DNA of 64,000 nucleotides from Paraspadella gotoi. Taxonomy: Eukaryota; Animalia; Chaetognatha. Positions within the stretch are counted from its first letter, which is position 1, and each line of letters starts with the position of its first letter. Of this stretch, positions 10,933 to 24,538 are shown piece after piece. The position numbers and the translations under genes are program-made. The DNA lies in contig CM119268.1 in the NCBI GenBank assembly GCA_051294375.1, positions 8,849,215 through 8,913,214 of the forward strand, given 5' to 3'. The notes below the pieces were generated by a model. The model saw only the letters and a program-made list of their open reading frames with translations. It had not been told where the DNA came from and made no database searches.

Positions 10933-13134
10933 TTCTTTCTTTTTCTCTGTTTTCCATCTCTCTGTCTCAACAAAATATTTTTCTGGTTTTGCGTAAAACT
11001 TTCCATTTTTTTTCCTTTCCACGTCATACAGCATTCAAGTTTTTTTGTGTGTGTGGTGCGAGAGGAGAGAGGAGAGTATATTTTGCGCGTGCTAAGAAAG
11101 GACGGATCGACGGATCGAAGCGCCAATGGATCGCCAACTTCCGCGGGGGAACCAGAACACCCCATCTTTATCATCCCGGAGAAAATCGCTTTTTGCGGCG
11201 CTTTTTTTGCTTTTTTTGCGGCGTCTTTGTGGCCTTATGCGGCGTTTTTTTTTGGTGTTGTTTTCACGAAAAAAAATACAATTTTGCCTTTGTATAAAAA
11301 AAACAAGTTTTATGAATTTTCGTCCGGAATTTTTCTTTTTCGTGTCACGAGTCTAAAAATTTTTGGAATATTTTCTTCATGAATTTTTTCTTAAAGAAAA
11401 ATTAGTATTTTAATGCTGATTAAATTTGTACCCGGCTCTTGAGATAAATGTTTCTGATTCGTTTTATTTCATTGAAAAGATGCGTCGTCGTTTAAATGAA
11501 CATCTGCATTTAAAGCTAACTTGGCACCGTCCGTTACCATCTTCGCAAATTCTGCTCGGGGCAATCACAGCATCCCAGAACATCCTCGCTGGCAACGGAC
11601 CCCTTGGTAACGCAAAGGCTGACTATAGTCCGGACCCAGGCCAATAATATCCCATGGATTCATACGTGTTGACAAGTAAACATTTAAAAGCAAGTTGAAC
11701 GCAACTGCCTTTTAGGACAATCGTACGCGTATTTTCATGTGCAAGAGGTTGCGCCACTTAATTTCGGACTTTAAAAATTACCGCTATTTCTTGAATTTTT
11801 TAAAAGAAATTTAAAAGTAATTGAAAAGATTGACAGATATCTTTTGCATAAATTTGATTAAATAGGCCAGCAATTTAGAGCAGTGATTTTTAAAATTAAG
11901 TACTCTATACCACTCACAAAACTGAACAAAAAAAATCTGATAGATTTAAGACTAATCTTTTTTCTTCTGATATTTTACTTTCCTTTGTAGTAGATTATAA
12001 ATATAAAAAAAAACACTGGATCTCCTGATGTCTGATAGCTGAATAACTGATTACTCCAGATCCCTAAATATAATCTTAAGATTATTTAAACATTTGATGT
12101 AAGGACAATTTATGATTATGAAGCTTTAGATAAAAGTGATTTTTCCCGTTTATTTTTGGAACACCTTAGAGTTACAAAAATCATATCCCCTAAACCACTT
12201 GAATCGATTGGAATAAAAATTAGATACATTAATTGCCTTTTTTTTTTAAATAATTTTTCTTATATAATTTTTTTTTTCTAAATATCTTTATAAAGCTGTC
12301 TGGAATTTTTAGAGTTTATAAGTTGACGCGCTTTCTTTTTCACAGGAGTGTAAACCGTTTACCCGCTTTTTAAGAGGCAATGAGGGGGGCGGCGCACGGG
12401 GAATGAATTAAAAAGTAAAATTTTACAATACGTGGTTCCCTTTTTTTTGATTTTTTGGTGGTGTCAGAAGCAAGTGCATTGTTGCAAACAAGGGTAGCCT
12501 GACATTTGCTGATGAATTGAATTAGTAGTGGCCTGATAAAACATTTGGCCGGTATTCGAACTCTTCTGTGGATGAACCGAGTGTGTGGGAGACCATGAGT
12601 TCGACGGATTGTGAATGAAAAACCATATATCAAAAGGAGCAGAAGAGCGAGAGAGATGAGAGTAGAGAGGAGAGAGAGAGAGAGAGTGAGAGAGAGAGAG
12701 AGTGATTAGAGTAGGATTTAGAATGAGTTTAAACTCGAATGTATTTTTTGTTAATAATTCTTAAATTTTGTTGGTTACACATAGAACGAAGAACGAAATG
12801 TAATCAATNNNNNNNNNNNNNNNNNNNNNNNNNTCTCTCTCTCTCTCTCTTCCCGCGACGCGCAGATGGAAAAAGTTTCTCTGGCTGAGATACACGTAAG
12901 TCAACTCAAAGCTTCAAAGAACAATTTATTAAAGAAAAAAGTAAAATAAAAAAGATTTTACTTCCTTCCTTTGAGGCGAAACATTTCCCCTCAATGACGT
13001 TGATAGCGACTATTAATATCATGAGAGCTTAATTTTTTTATCCTAGCTATTCAATTTTTTTCCTTTATAATCTTGAACAAATATGTGCTAATTCCTTTTA
13101 ATCTTCCAATTTTTTGTTTGAATTTCTCTTTTTC

Positions 13135-13203
<69 letters not shown>

Positions 13204-14865
13204 TTCTTTCTTTTTCTCTGTCTTCCTATCTCTGTCTCAACAAAATATTTTTCTGGTTTTGCGTAAAACTTTCCATTTTTTTTCCTTTCCACGTCATCAG
13301 CATTCAAGTTTTTTTTGTGTGTGTGTGCGAGAGAGAGAGAGGAGAGTATATTTTTGCCGTGCTAAGAAAGGACGGATCGACGGTATCGAAGCGCCAAATT
13401 GGGATCGCCAAACTCGCGCGTCGGGGAACCAGAACACCCCATTTATCATCCCGGAGAAAATCGCTTTTTGCGGCGCTTTTTTTGCTTTTTTTGCGGCGTC
13501 TTTGTGGCCTTGATGCGGCGTTTTTTTTTGGTGTTGTTTTCACAAAAAAAATTAATTTTGCCTTTTATAAAAAAAAACAAGTTTTTATAAATTTTCGTCC
13601 GGAATTTTTTTTTTTCGTTCACGAGTCTAAAATTTTTGGAATATTTCTTTATGAATTTTTTTTTAAAAGAAAATTAGTATTTTTATGCTTATTAAATTTG
13701 TACCCGCTCTTGAGATAAATGTTTGATTCGTTTTTCATTCGAAAAAAGATGCGTCGATCTGATTTTATAAATAGAACATCCTGCCATTTAAAGCTTAATA
13801 CAAAATTTTTATATTAAAGCAGAAGTCTGAACGCGAACCCTTTACGGACAACTCCGATCACGGACGAGTACAGTCATGTGCAAGAAGGTTGCGCCACTTA
13901 ATTTCGGACTTTAAAAATTACCCTATTTCCTTGAATTTTTAAAGAAAATTTAAAAGTAAATTAAAGTTTATTGAAACATGATACGTTTTGCATAAATTTT
14001 ATTAAAATACGGCCAGCAATTTAGGAGCAGTGATTTTTAAAATTAAGTACTCTACCACAAAACTGAACAAAAAAAATCTGATAGATTTAAGACTAATCTT
14101 TTTTCTTCTGATATTTTACTTTCCTTGTAGTAGATTATAAATATAAAAAAAAACACTGGATCTCCTGATGTCTGATAGCTGAATAACTGGATTACTCCAG
14201 ATCCCTAAATAATAATCTTAAGATTATTTAAACATTTGATGAAGGACAAGTTTATGATTATGAAGCTTTAAAATAAAAGTCGATTTTCCCGTTTATTTTT
14301 GGAACACTTAAGTTTAAAAAATCATATCCCCTAAACCACTTGATCGATTGTAATAAAATTTAGATACATTAATTCCTTTTTTTTTTAAATAATTTTTCTT
14401 ATATAATTTTTTTAAATATCTTTATAAAGCGTCTGGAATTTAGAGTTATAAAGTGACGCGTTTTTTTTTCACAGGAGTGTAAAGTTCCCTTTTTAAGAGG
14501 GAGGGGGGGCGGCGCACGGGGAAAAGAATTAAAAAGTAAATTTACAACGGTTTTCCCCCTTTTTTTTGTTTGTGGGTCGAAAGAGCAGTGCAAACAAGGA
14601 GCCACAGTGCATTGAATTGAAAGCCTGAGAAAAATTCCATCGCATCCTATTCGATCTTCGGGATGGAACCGAGTGGAGACCATTGAGTTCGACGGAGTGA
14701 TTGAATGAAAAAACTTCAAATATATAAAGAGAAGAGAGAAGGAGAGAGAGGAGAGAAGAGAAGAGAAGAGAGAGAGAATTTAGAAGAGTTTAAACTCGAA
14801 TTTGATTTTTTGTTAAAATCTTAAATTTGTTGTTTTACACATAGAACGAAGAACAAATGTATCAC
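10550..14865. repeat. ~2.1-2.3-kb tandem duplication across a 25-N gap (probable gap-filling artefact)
   Basis: Copy A ~10550-12808 and copy B 12834-~14865 both begin (CT)n-TTCCCGCGACGCGCAGATG and end CACATAGAACGAAGAAC. Differences are mostly 1-2-nt indels. Copy A has an extra ~150 nt at ~11520-11680. Confidence 0.9.
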
Positions 14866-15052
14866 TCGATTTATAAAATAAATGAGAAATTTTGATTAAA
14901 ACAAATTAATTAATTAATATTCCGGGACACGTCGCCGTCGTGAGACTCGAAAACTCCGAATCCCCCTAGCGATGACAATCGAAGGGAGAGCGAGTTAGCG
15001 AGCGTCGGCGCTTTTTCGAGAGAGAGCGAGAGCGACGCCGACGACGCCGAAG

Positions 15053-15413
15053 ATGGCGCGCGACGACGCCGGAACGTCGAAAAATGTGCCGAAGCGTGCC
15101 GAGGCCGAGAACGCCTCCCAACTAGGGTGTCCTCGAGACGGCGTCGGCCGGCGTCCACTCGACCAATTTTTCGCCACGAGACTATTCGCTCTCATTTGCA
15201 TAATGGAGTTGGCCAACGCGCGGAGGGCGCTCGCGGCCCCGTCTCCTTATGTAGTATTAGCGTCGGGGCACGATTACGGAAATTTTCACAACGACAACTT
15301 CAAACGAGCGAATGACTTTAGCGGAAATCACAACTATCACAGCTCGCGTCACGACAATAACTACAATCGAAATTTTTTCGCGTGGAAACATCAGCAACCT
15401 CCAGGTAGGTTTA

Positions 15414-15507
<94 letters not shown>

Positions 15508-16025
15508 TTAAACCGAGATTTGTGATCTTGAAAAATCAATGAAATTTTCTTTAATTTCTTTTTATAATTCTTTCGATAGGCACGCTTCCCTCTTTTCCTC
15601 ATTATTCAACTAAATTCGTAATTTATTGTCGACAGTAAATTCAGTTCCCGTCGTGCCAGTCGTGCCAGTCGTGCCAGTTCTGCCCGCTCGTCCGACTCCG
15701 CTTTTCAATACGTTCTCCTCTTACGCGCGACCGAACTTCAACGGCAATTCGGGTGAGATGACATCGTTTGTCATAATTGTCATTCTCACAACTGTCACAA
15801 CTCAATCTCATCGTCCCCTAGATTATTGAGATTCACTACGAACAGAGTTTTGTTGTCTTCTTCATTCTCTCATTTCCATATCTCTCATTTCTCTCTCTTC
15901 CCCCGATCTACATTTCATATTTTTTTACCTAAGACAGGTTTTCATCTTTTCAATTTTTTTAAAGTTTTTCACCTAGCATTTGTTTTTCCCGCCTTCCCTC
16001 CACTTCTCTCTCTCTCTCTTCTCCT

Positions 16026-16057
<32 letters not shown>

Positions 16058-16058
16058 C

Positions 16059-16105
<47 letters not shown>

Positions 16106-19100
16106 TTTTTTTCGGCGGAGGAGCCTCTTCCAATACGAGGCATTGTTTTTTTTTTTTTTTCATCTCTCTCCTTTTAAAAACAGTTTCTCAGTGTTTTGTT
16201 CTTCATGTGGGTTCGAGCCTTAGGTTTTACCTTCACCTTTAAGAGCCTTTAAATTGTTTTTTTCATTTCGAAGATTAATAAATTTTCTGTTTTAAAACTG
16301 TGGGCGGTTTTAGCCTTTAGTATTTAAACATCAATCAATCTTTAACTTAAAACATCTTCATACATTCATTGAATCTCATCTGAATTTTTTTTTTGTTTCC
16401 CTGAATCACACGAAATGTACTCAAGTCTAATTTATATTTAGTTTTGTTTGCGCTCCAAAAATAGTAGACACACGATTCTGTACTTTCCGAAGTTTTCAGC
16501 GACTTGCGACTTCCCTAACTTTTTAATGTTTTAACTTTCAACGAGATCGAGAGCTTCTCAATTCTCAAAACCCAGATTTCCCCCCCCTCCCATATTTCCC
16601 CATTTTCCAAGCCCGTACCCCGCCCCCCTCGGACGGCGTCGCCCCTTTTCCCGGCGCCGACGGGCCGGACTTAGACAATAATCGATACATAGAAAAAAAT
16701 AGAGACCTAGACCTAAATCGAAACCTAGACCCTGAATCCATTTTGGCCACATCCGGGTTTCCGAGACCCGGATTCGGTTCTTTAAACCTAATCTCGGCGG
16801 CATCTTCGGAATCCGTCGCCCGCTCGTTTTCCTCCGGGACTTACTTGGGTGAGCTTCTTCTTTCTCTGCTTTTTTTTTCTTTCGCTGAAACCAAAAAAAT
16901 TGGTGAGGGTTACTTAAAAGTCGCGGCTCCCTTTTATTTTTTTTATTGATATTTTTTGATGTTTTGTTTTAATTAACCTTTTTAATGCCATGTCACTACG
17001 AATATGTTATGTTTAAATTATTTAAATGTAAATAAACATAAAAACTCATGCGGTCGCAAAGACACCATAAATTAATATTTTATTAATTTAAAAAAAAATT
17101 ATTATCTTGTTATAATTTTATATTATCCTACTTTGTAGCAGTGGTTGTCGATGGTTAAAAAATAATTTATTTATTTTGATTTTTTTTTCTTTTTTAAAAA
17201 AGGTTTATAATAAAATATGTTGTATAATTTCGCTATGTAGTCGCTCTCATCGACCTAAAAAATATACCCACTTTCACTTTTCTCATTTTTTGCGCGCATA
17301 TTTTGTAGAATTAGAATTCCTTTTTTTCTGGGCTCCTGGGCAGAAATCGACGTTAGTCATGTTCACCTTTTTTTTTCATTTCTGAGTTTCAATCTTTATT
17401 TTTCCTCAGAAAGTCCCATTGGTTTGCTTTGTGAACTTTTTTAACTTGTCCCTTCTTTGATATCTATTTCCTTGTCTCTGGTCATCACATTAAATCTCAT
17501 CATATCGATATTTTTCTTTTTAATTTTTTTCTCAATAAAATACTAATTACAATTTATTATCTTACGGTATAAGTTTATTATTATTATAGATTTATAAATC
17601 TATTTAATTTTACTACGAATCCATCCAATTCTTTCTTTCTTCAATTCCGATTCTTCAAAGAATTATCTTGTCCTCCTTTTCCCAAAGCCCCAGTCTTTCA
17701 GGAATTTCCTTCAACTCGCGAGCGCGATCCTTTTGTAGGTTCGGTTCTCGCTGAGCGATTCCATTAAATTCAAAGCAACGCGACCATGTGTTGACGTCAA
17801 TGATTCCATTTCTTTTCTTCGGAATCAATTGCGTTTAACGCTTAAAACGTAGTGACGATGACTAGAATCGATGCTACGCTTATCCCCGACAATTCCCGAC
17901 TATTCCCGCCTTTTTGTACCCATCTTAATTTATTCCTTATAACTCCCTTATAACTAATAATTAATAATTAATAATTAACTATCCCTCTCATCCTCCTTCC
18001 AAGGAAACTCGTTAACACTCGCCAACGCCAAGTCTTACCTCGAAAGGTACGGCTACCTGCCCTCTGACCGAATGGGAACTCTGACGAGCACGGACTCGGC
18101 GAGAGGCAGGGAGAACTTGGGTCGAGCGCTGAGAGAGTTTCAACGGAGATCCGGACTGACCCAGACGGGAACGCTAGACGAGGTCAGTCTAACGGGAACG
18201 CTAGACGAGGTCAGTCTAACGGGAACGCTGGAGGGTGGTTTTAGTGCGAATGGGATCGTTGTAGGGAGAAATGGGCGCAAGGAAGGGCTGAAAGTCCTGA
18301 GGAGTTTCTAGCAATATTCTATTACGATTGTTGAATATTTTGATTGATTATCTCATCGCAGGAGAATCAATCTTGCTCACTGTCTGATGCATGGATTCGT
18401 TAATTGACTACAAACGGTTCTTCTGCTCACCGAATGAACATTTAGGGTTGTTCAACTTCTGACCACTGACCCGTTTTCACGTCCGTTTTTAGGCGACGAA
18501 GACGATGATGCGTCGACCTCGTTGTGGCCTCAAGGACGTCACGTCGTCCGCTTGGGGCGACACCCTCGTTATTTCCGGAAGCTACAGGCTTCAGGGTGAG
18601 CGGGGAATGTTCTTCAATTTAACACAAACGAATAACCTCAAGTTTGAGTTGTGTAATTGTATGAAATTGGTACAACAATATAAAAATTATCCATTCATTT
18701 AATAAACAAGCTCTCTTGCTCCTGACTTTGGACAGGCTTTGGTGGTTTATGGCCTCAATCACTCTTACAAGATAATGACATAACAAATCTCTGCAAGCTT
18801 TCAATAAAAGACTCTCTCACAGTCTTGTTTATTCACTCCCAGAGTCCTGATTTCCCTAATCCCTATCAATGAAGTCGTATAATATTTCAAAGAATGTTTC
18901 TATTGTATGAAAAGACCACTCCCTTAAGTATTAGATCGGGAAATACTATATTGTACGTTATTTTGATAACATCAATTTTTAGTATGCATTATTTAGTTTT
19001 ATATATAAATTCGGTTGACGTTTCAATTGCGATTGCAATTTAAAACCATTACAATTGGCTCATTTGAACTCGGAAAGGGCGTGCCTCTTTTGCACTCGGA

Positions 19101-21545
19101 AAGAGAAAGACTTCCTCTTTTTTCTCCTTCTCAGGTTCCGAGTGGCAGAAAAAGGATTTAACCTGGAATGTGGTTCAATACACGCTCGACCTCGGAAGAG
19201 AGACCATCGACAGGTTTGGAGAAAAATACAATTCATGAGGGAATCCGGGCTTTGAACCTTTTACCAATGGTAAACTATGAAACGTTGACTCGGAAACGTT
19301 AAAAACGCAGAAAGGTGCTTTGCGTATTTTAAAGCGGGATACGAATTTTGATAAAGGCGAAGAGAGAGCTCTTTAGGCTGCACGAGCGCAAACTTTTTTA
19401 TTTTTGAGTCCATTTGAACAACAAAACTTCTGTAGTATTGCCCAATTTCGAAATTTACAAAGAATAAAATACGTTCATCAAATGTAACAAACATCATATC
19501 ATCCTTGCTATTCAATAGAGAAAGAAAGAAAAAGAAAAAACGAACGAAAAAGAAACAAGAAACGAGAAACAAACGAGAACAAAGAATCATCAAGGATGAT
19601 AAAGAATTAAAGCGGCTTTGATGCAAACTTCCGAAACCTTTTTTTTCCCCCTCGACGAATTTGTATTAAGATTAAAGCGATTAACACGTGTCGACTATCT
19701 TGTGTTCGAAGTTAAGATGATTTTTGCGGTTAATTTTACATGGGTAAACAAACTTTTTTTGAAAAAAAAAAAAAAAATTCACAAAGTAAAAATTAAAAAA
19801 AAAAGCAACAGAAACAAGGATATTAAAATCGCAGTTTGATGACGAATAATAATTCGTATTATATACATTAGCAATAAATTAAAACTTTTCTATTTATATT
19901 TACTAGTACAATGATTTCCTAACCACAATGCTTCTCTCCTCTCGACAGCGTCATGACGGAAGCCTTCGATATGTGGGCGAGATACACTCCGCTCAACTTC
20001 ATTCACTGCAGAGGCTGCACCGAACCCGACCTCAAAATCGTTTTCGCCGCCAGGTGAGTTCGCCGATTAGAAGGTGAGTTCGCCGATGAAAAAAATATGC
20101 TCATTAAATATAACGTTGGCTGTCATTGTTTTCGCTGGCAAAATCCGATTCAGAGCTCATGGGGACAACGAACCTTTCGACGGCCCGTCCGGGATATTGG
20201 CGCAGCCTTCTTCCCCGGCTACGGCGGGCGACATCCACTTTGACGAAGACGAGACTTGGACGCACAGGACCTCAACAGGCGTTAACCTCATGCAAGTGCC
20301 GTCCACGAGATCGGACACAGTTTGGGTGAGTGAGATGGGCGGTCAGGATTGGACATTGGTTGGGTGAGTGAGAAGGTTTTGACTTTTTGAGGTTCTCAGA
20401 TGCAATTCAGGAGAACGGATTCAGTTTGGTAATCAAAAGAGAAGGTGGTATGTAATCGGACACAGTTGAGTGAGTGAGAAAAGTGCATATGATTTTACAT
20501 TTTTTGAGTAAGTGGAACAAGATTAAAACTTAAATGTTTATCTAATCAAGTCATCGCCTGTGAGAGGAACACAGTATGGGTATTGGGTAAAGTAAGGTGG
20601 TCGCATAGAATTGGATACGGTTTGAGAGATAGCAGGTCACACTCTCCCAAAGATTTCAGAATTTAAATTTCGTAACCGACAAACGTGAAGGTCGCTTTCA
20701 AAGTTTCATCATGTCAAGACGCTTTAAACAAATGACAAAGTTTAATTTATGAATAAAACGTTTACTTGCCCAAAAGATACGTTCAACGAAGGACGTTAAA
20801 AAAATCAAGGCATTCGGGCGAGCCAGCGAGTAAAAAAACTACTGCGCAAATCACAACCAACCTTTTCGAGCCAAAAATCTCTCCTAATCTGGAAAGAAAA
20901 TTTTCGAAAAAAAAGAGAAATATATATAAACATGTATTGAAAAAGGAACCGAAGGATTCGAGGATTTGCAGATTTTGAAGAGTTTCGTTGAAAAATATTT
21001 AAACTTGGTTCGATATGTACCTGGCCCTTGGGCAAACATCTTTCTTTAATTTCTTTTTTTTTTCAGTCGTTCAGTCAGGAAGTGAACGAGCTTCATAGCT
21101 TTATAAGGATGTGTTTTGTGGTATGTTATTTTAAATAAGATAAACTTTATGACAGCGAGAAAAGTGATACCAGGTTTCGCAATTTCAATTTATGTAATAC
21201 GGAACTTCAAATTAAGAATTATGTTTCAGCTGATATTAGTTTTTTTTCGTTTTTTCTTCAATTTTTATTTAATAGAAAATGCATTCTATTCCTTTCATCA
21301 TACCATCCTTTAACTCATTCGAATTACTTCTATTTTAGGTCTTCAACATTCCGAGGTTGACGACGCCATCATGGCTCCCTATTACAGGGGTTACGAACCT
21401 TCCTTCAACCTCCACCCAGACGACATTAAGGGAATTCAGCACATCTACGGTTCACACGCTCAGGTTCTTAATTCATATAATATTAACAATAATAGTAATA
21501 ATAAATTAATAATAATAATAATAATAATAATTAATAATAATAATA

Positions 21546-21582
<37 letters not shown>

Positions 21583-23061
21583 CATTATTATTAAATTGTT
21601 TATATTGATAATAGAATATATCAAATAATTATCTTTGGAATTACAATAATGTCTTTTTTTTGGTTGTAGACTATGCCAATGAGAATAAGGATAGAGCTTC
21701 CAAACTACAACTCTTTAACTGCTTCTTTTAGATTTCTTTATATTTTCAAGTCGAAAATTTTCACTTTTTCTACGAGAAGTTAGAGTAGTATATATTTGTT
21801 TTTAATCTTTTCACTCAACTTAACGCTACATTTTTTTTCTTACTCTTTTTCTCTTCACCTTTTTTTCCCTGCTCTTCGTTAAAGGACATTTCCCGGCCTC
21901 CTTGGATTGTCCTTACCTTTCGATCGTGAGTGTGAAATAGCTCTCGTGAGTGGGAGGACAACAACGTCGATGGGAAGGAGATTCTGGGGTTTGAAGAGAA
22001 AAAAGTGCAAAGGGCTGAGGAGAACAATGATTTCTCCGTTGGCTGTTTTAATTAGAATTGTCAGAGAAAACAAAGTTTGTTTGTTTGATAACAACGATTT
22101 TTATTTACATTGGACATGTTTCGGCTCTTGCTTTAAGCCTTCATCAGCGTTTTGAATTAGAATTGTCAAAATTTATAGGTCCAATAACTGAGAAAAAAAA
22201 AGAGTGAGAAAAATGTAATTTAAGGGAGAATGTAAGATTCTTGGAGTGGAATGAAGTGGAGTGAAGTGGAGTGAAGAGGAGTGGAGTGAAATGAAATTGA
22301 GTGGAGCGGAGTAGAAGGAAGAAGACAGAAGTAGAATGTTTGGGACGAGGGAATGCGAAGAGAGGTTTACAACAGAGGGGTGGGAAAATTCCTTGGCGGG
22401 GGTGAACGAACTTGAGGAAAAGACGAGGGAGAAGAAAAAGAAGAAGGAGAAGAAGAAGAAGAAGAAGAAGAAGGAGAAGGGGAAGAAGAAATGGAAAAAG
22501 TCGTGAAGGGAAGGGTGAGAAAAAAACAGAGGATGCGGGGGAGGAAAGGAAAGGAAAAGAGATCCGATTAAGAATGCGATTGTCGACTTCTTACTCTGTA
22601 AAAGTCGGTGTAAAAATCATTAAAAAAACAAAAACAAAAAGAGTATTTTTTCGTTGTTTATTCCAAACAACTCCATGTGATTGCTTGGGAGATGAAAGCA
22701 AGCAATCAATCGATGATTAGTTTTGACTGCAGAAACGAAAAAGCTCTTGTGGTTAAGTATATCAAGTTTGACCAATCGTGATTTTTCTTATCGTCAGTGA
22801 GATGAGGAAATAAATATTTTCCTACCTGAGCCAAGAAAGCGATATTTTCTCTCCCCCCCTTCCCGCGAACGGAAGCCGGGCGCTCCTGACGGGCGGTCGG
22901 TTCTGAAATCGTCGGGCAGTCGGGGACTCCCGAGTCTCGAGGCGGACAAAAAAAAAATTGTCGATGTCGTGGGAGGAAGACGGTCGCAGCGCTGGAGGAG
23001 GATTTCCACCTCCCGGTTCTCATCCAAATTCCACGACGGGGGAAAAGTCATGGAACATTGT

Positions 23062-23092
<31 letters not shown>

Positions 23093-24472
23093 ATTGTCGT
23101 TTACTCCCCCACTTTCCGCAACCTTTATTTGATCGAGAAAAAAGTGTCACCTTTTCTTCTTTTTTTTTGGCAGTTTGTCGGTCGCAATTCTTTAAATTAA
23201 ATTGGGAAAGAAAAACAACTTTTATTATCATTTCTTGCTATCAATACATAAAACAAGAACTTACGTTATTACTAAGAGTTGTCTGCAGACACTATGTTAC
23301 ATACACTATGTTTATTGCATGTTATAAATATTATTATTTTTACCTTTTTAGTTGTTTTGCCAGAAATTTCGTTCAAGACTACATCGCCATCATTTTTATA
23401 TTGAAAAATTATTCATCCATTCATTACCTAAATAAGCTATCGTGCCCTGACTTTGGACAGGTTGGGTTGGTTCTATCCCGCTCACAGGATGATTAATAGC
23501 AGAACCTGCAACCTTGAAATATTTCAAGGTCTGGCACCCTGCAAGCTTAAATCTCTCAAGGTCTAAGGCCCTGCAAGCTTTAAATCTCTAAGGTCCACCA
23601 AGGCCCTGCAAGCTTTAAATCTCCAAGTCTAAGGGTCTGCAACCTATAAATCTCTAAAGGTAAGGCCATCAACCTATAAATATCTCAAGGTCTAAAGCCC
23701 TGCAACTAAATCTCTCAATCAAAGCCGCAACTAAATCTTTAGCCTGTTAAATCTCTACAACAGGCCTCCTTTAACTGAGCCACAGCCAGCACTTAAATCT
23801 CTCAGGTCTAGCCCTGAAGCTTTAATCTCTCAAGGTCCAACCAAGGCCCAGCAAGCTTTAAATCTCTCAAGGTCTAAGGCCCTGCAAGCTTTAAATCTCT
23901 CAAGGTCCAACCAAGGCCCTGCAAGCTTTAAATCTCTCAAGGTCTAAGGCCTGCAACCTTAATCTCTAAAGGTTTAAGCCCTGCAACCTATAAATCTCTC
24001 AGGTCTAAGCCCTGACTATAAATCTCTCAAGGTCAAAGCCCTGCAAGCTTTAAATCTCTCAAGTCTAAGCCTGCAAAGCTTTAAATCTCTCAAGGTCAAC
24101 AGCCTGCCTTAATCAGTCAACCACGAGCTTTAAATCTCTCAAGGTCTAAGGCCTGCAAGCTTAAATCTCTCAAGGTCAACCAAGCCCGCAAAGCTTTAAA
24201 TCTCTCAAGGTCAAGGCCCTGCAAGCTTTAAATCTCTCAAGGTCCAACAGGCCAGAAAGCTTTAATTCTCAAGGTCAAGGCCCTGCAAGCTTAAATCTTC
24301 TCAATGATTATTATAATTTTTCAATGTTTTTGTTTGAATTTTTTCAGCCGACGACGAGGACGACGACGAGGCGTCCTTTTTCACGACGCCGAGGACGACG
24401 ATGTGGACGACGAGAACGACGACGACGACAGACGACGGGTGACGACGCCCTCGACGAGATACACAGTGAGAT

Positions 24473-24538
<66 letters not shown>

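Noticed and set aside
10103-11382. Numerous SLSLSL / RERERE ORFs here and throughout the window
   Set aside because: Translations of (CT)n/(GA)n microsatellites.
16740-16765. Apparent non-AG (CGG) splice acceptors here and at ~22870
   Set aside because: In-frame canonical AG sites exist (16575, 16611 or 16728; 22875), so no non-canonical acceptor is needed.
23520-24300. CRISPR-like array
   Set aside because: Head-to-tail repeats without unique spacers, inside a eukaryotic intron, with no cas genes.
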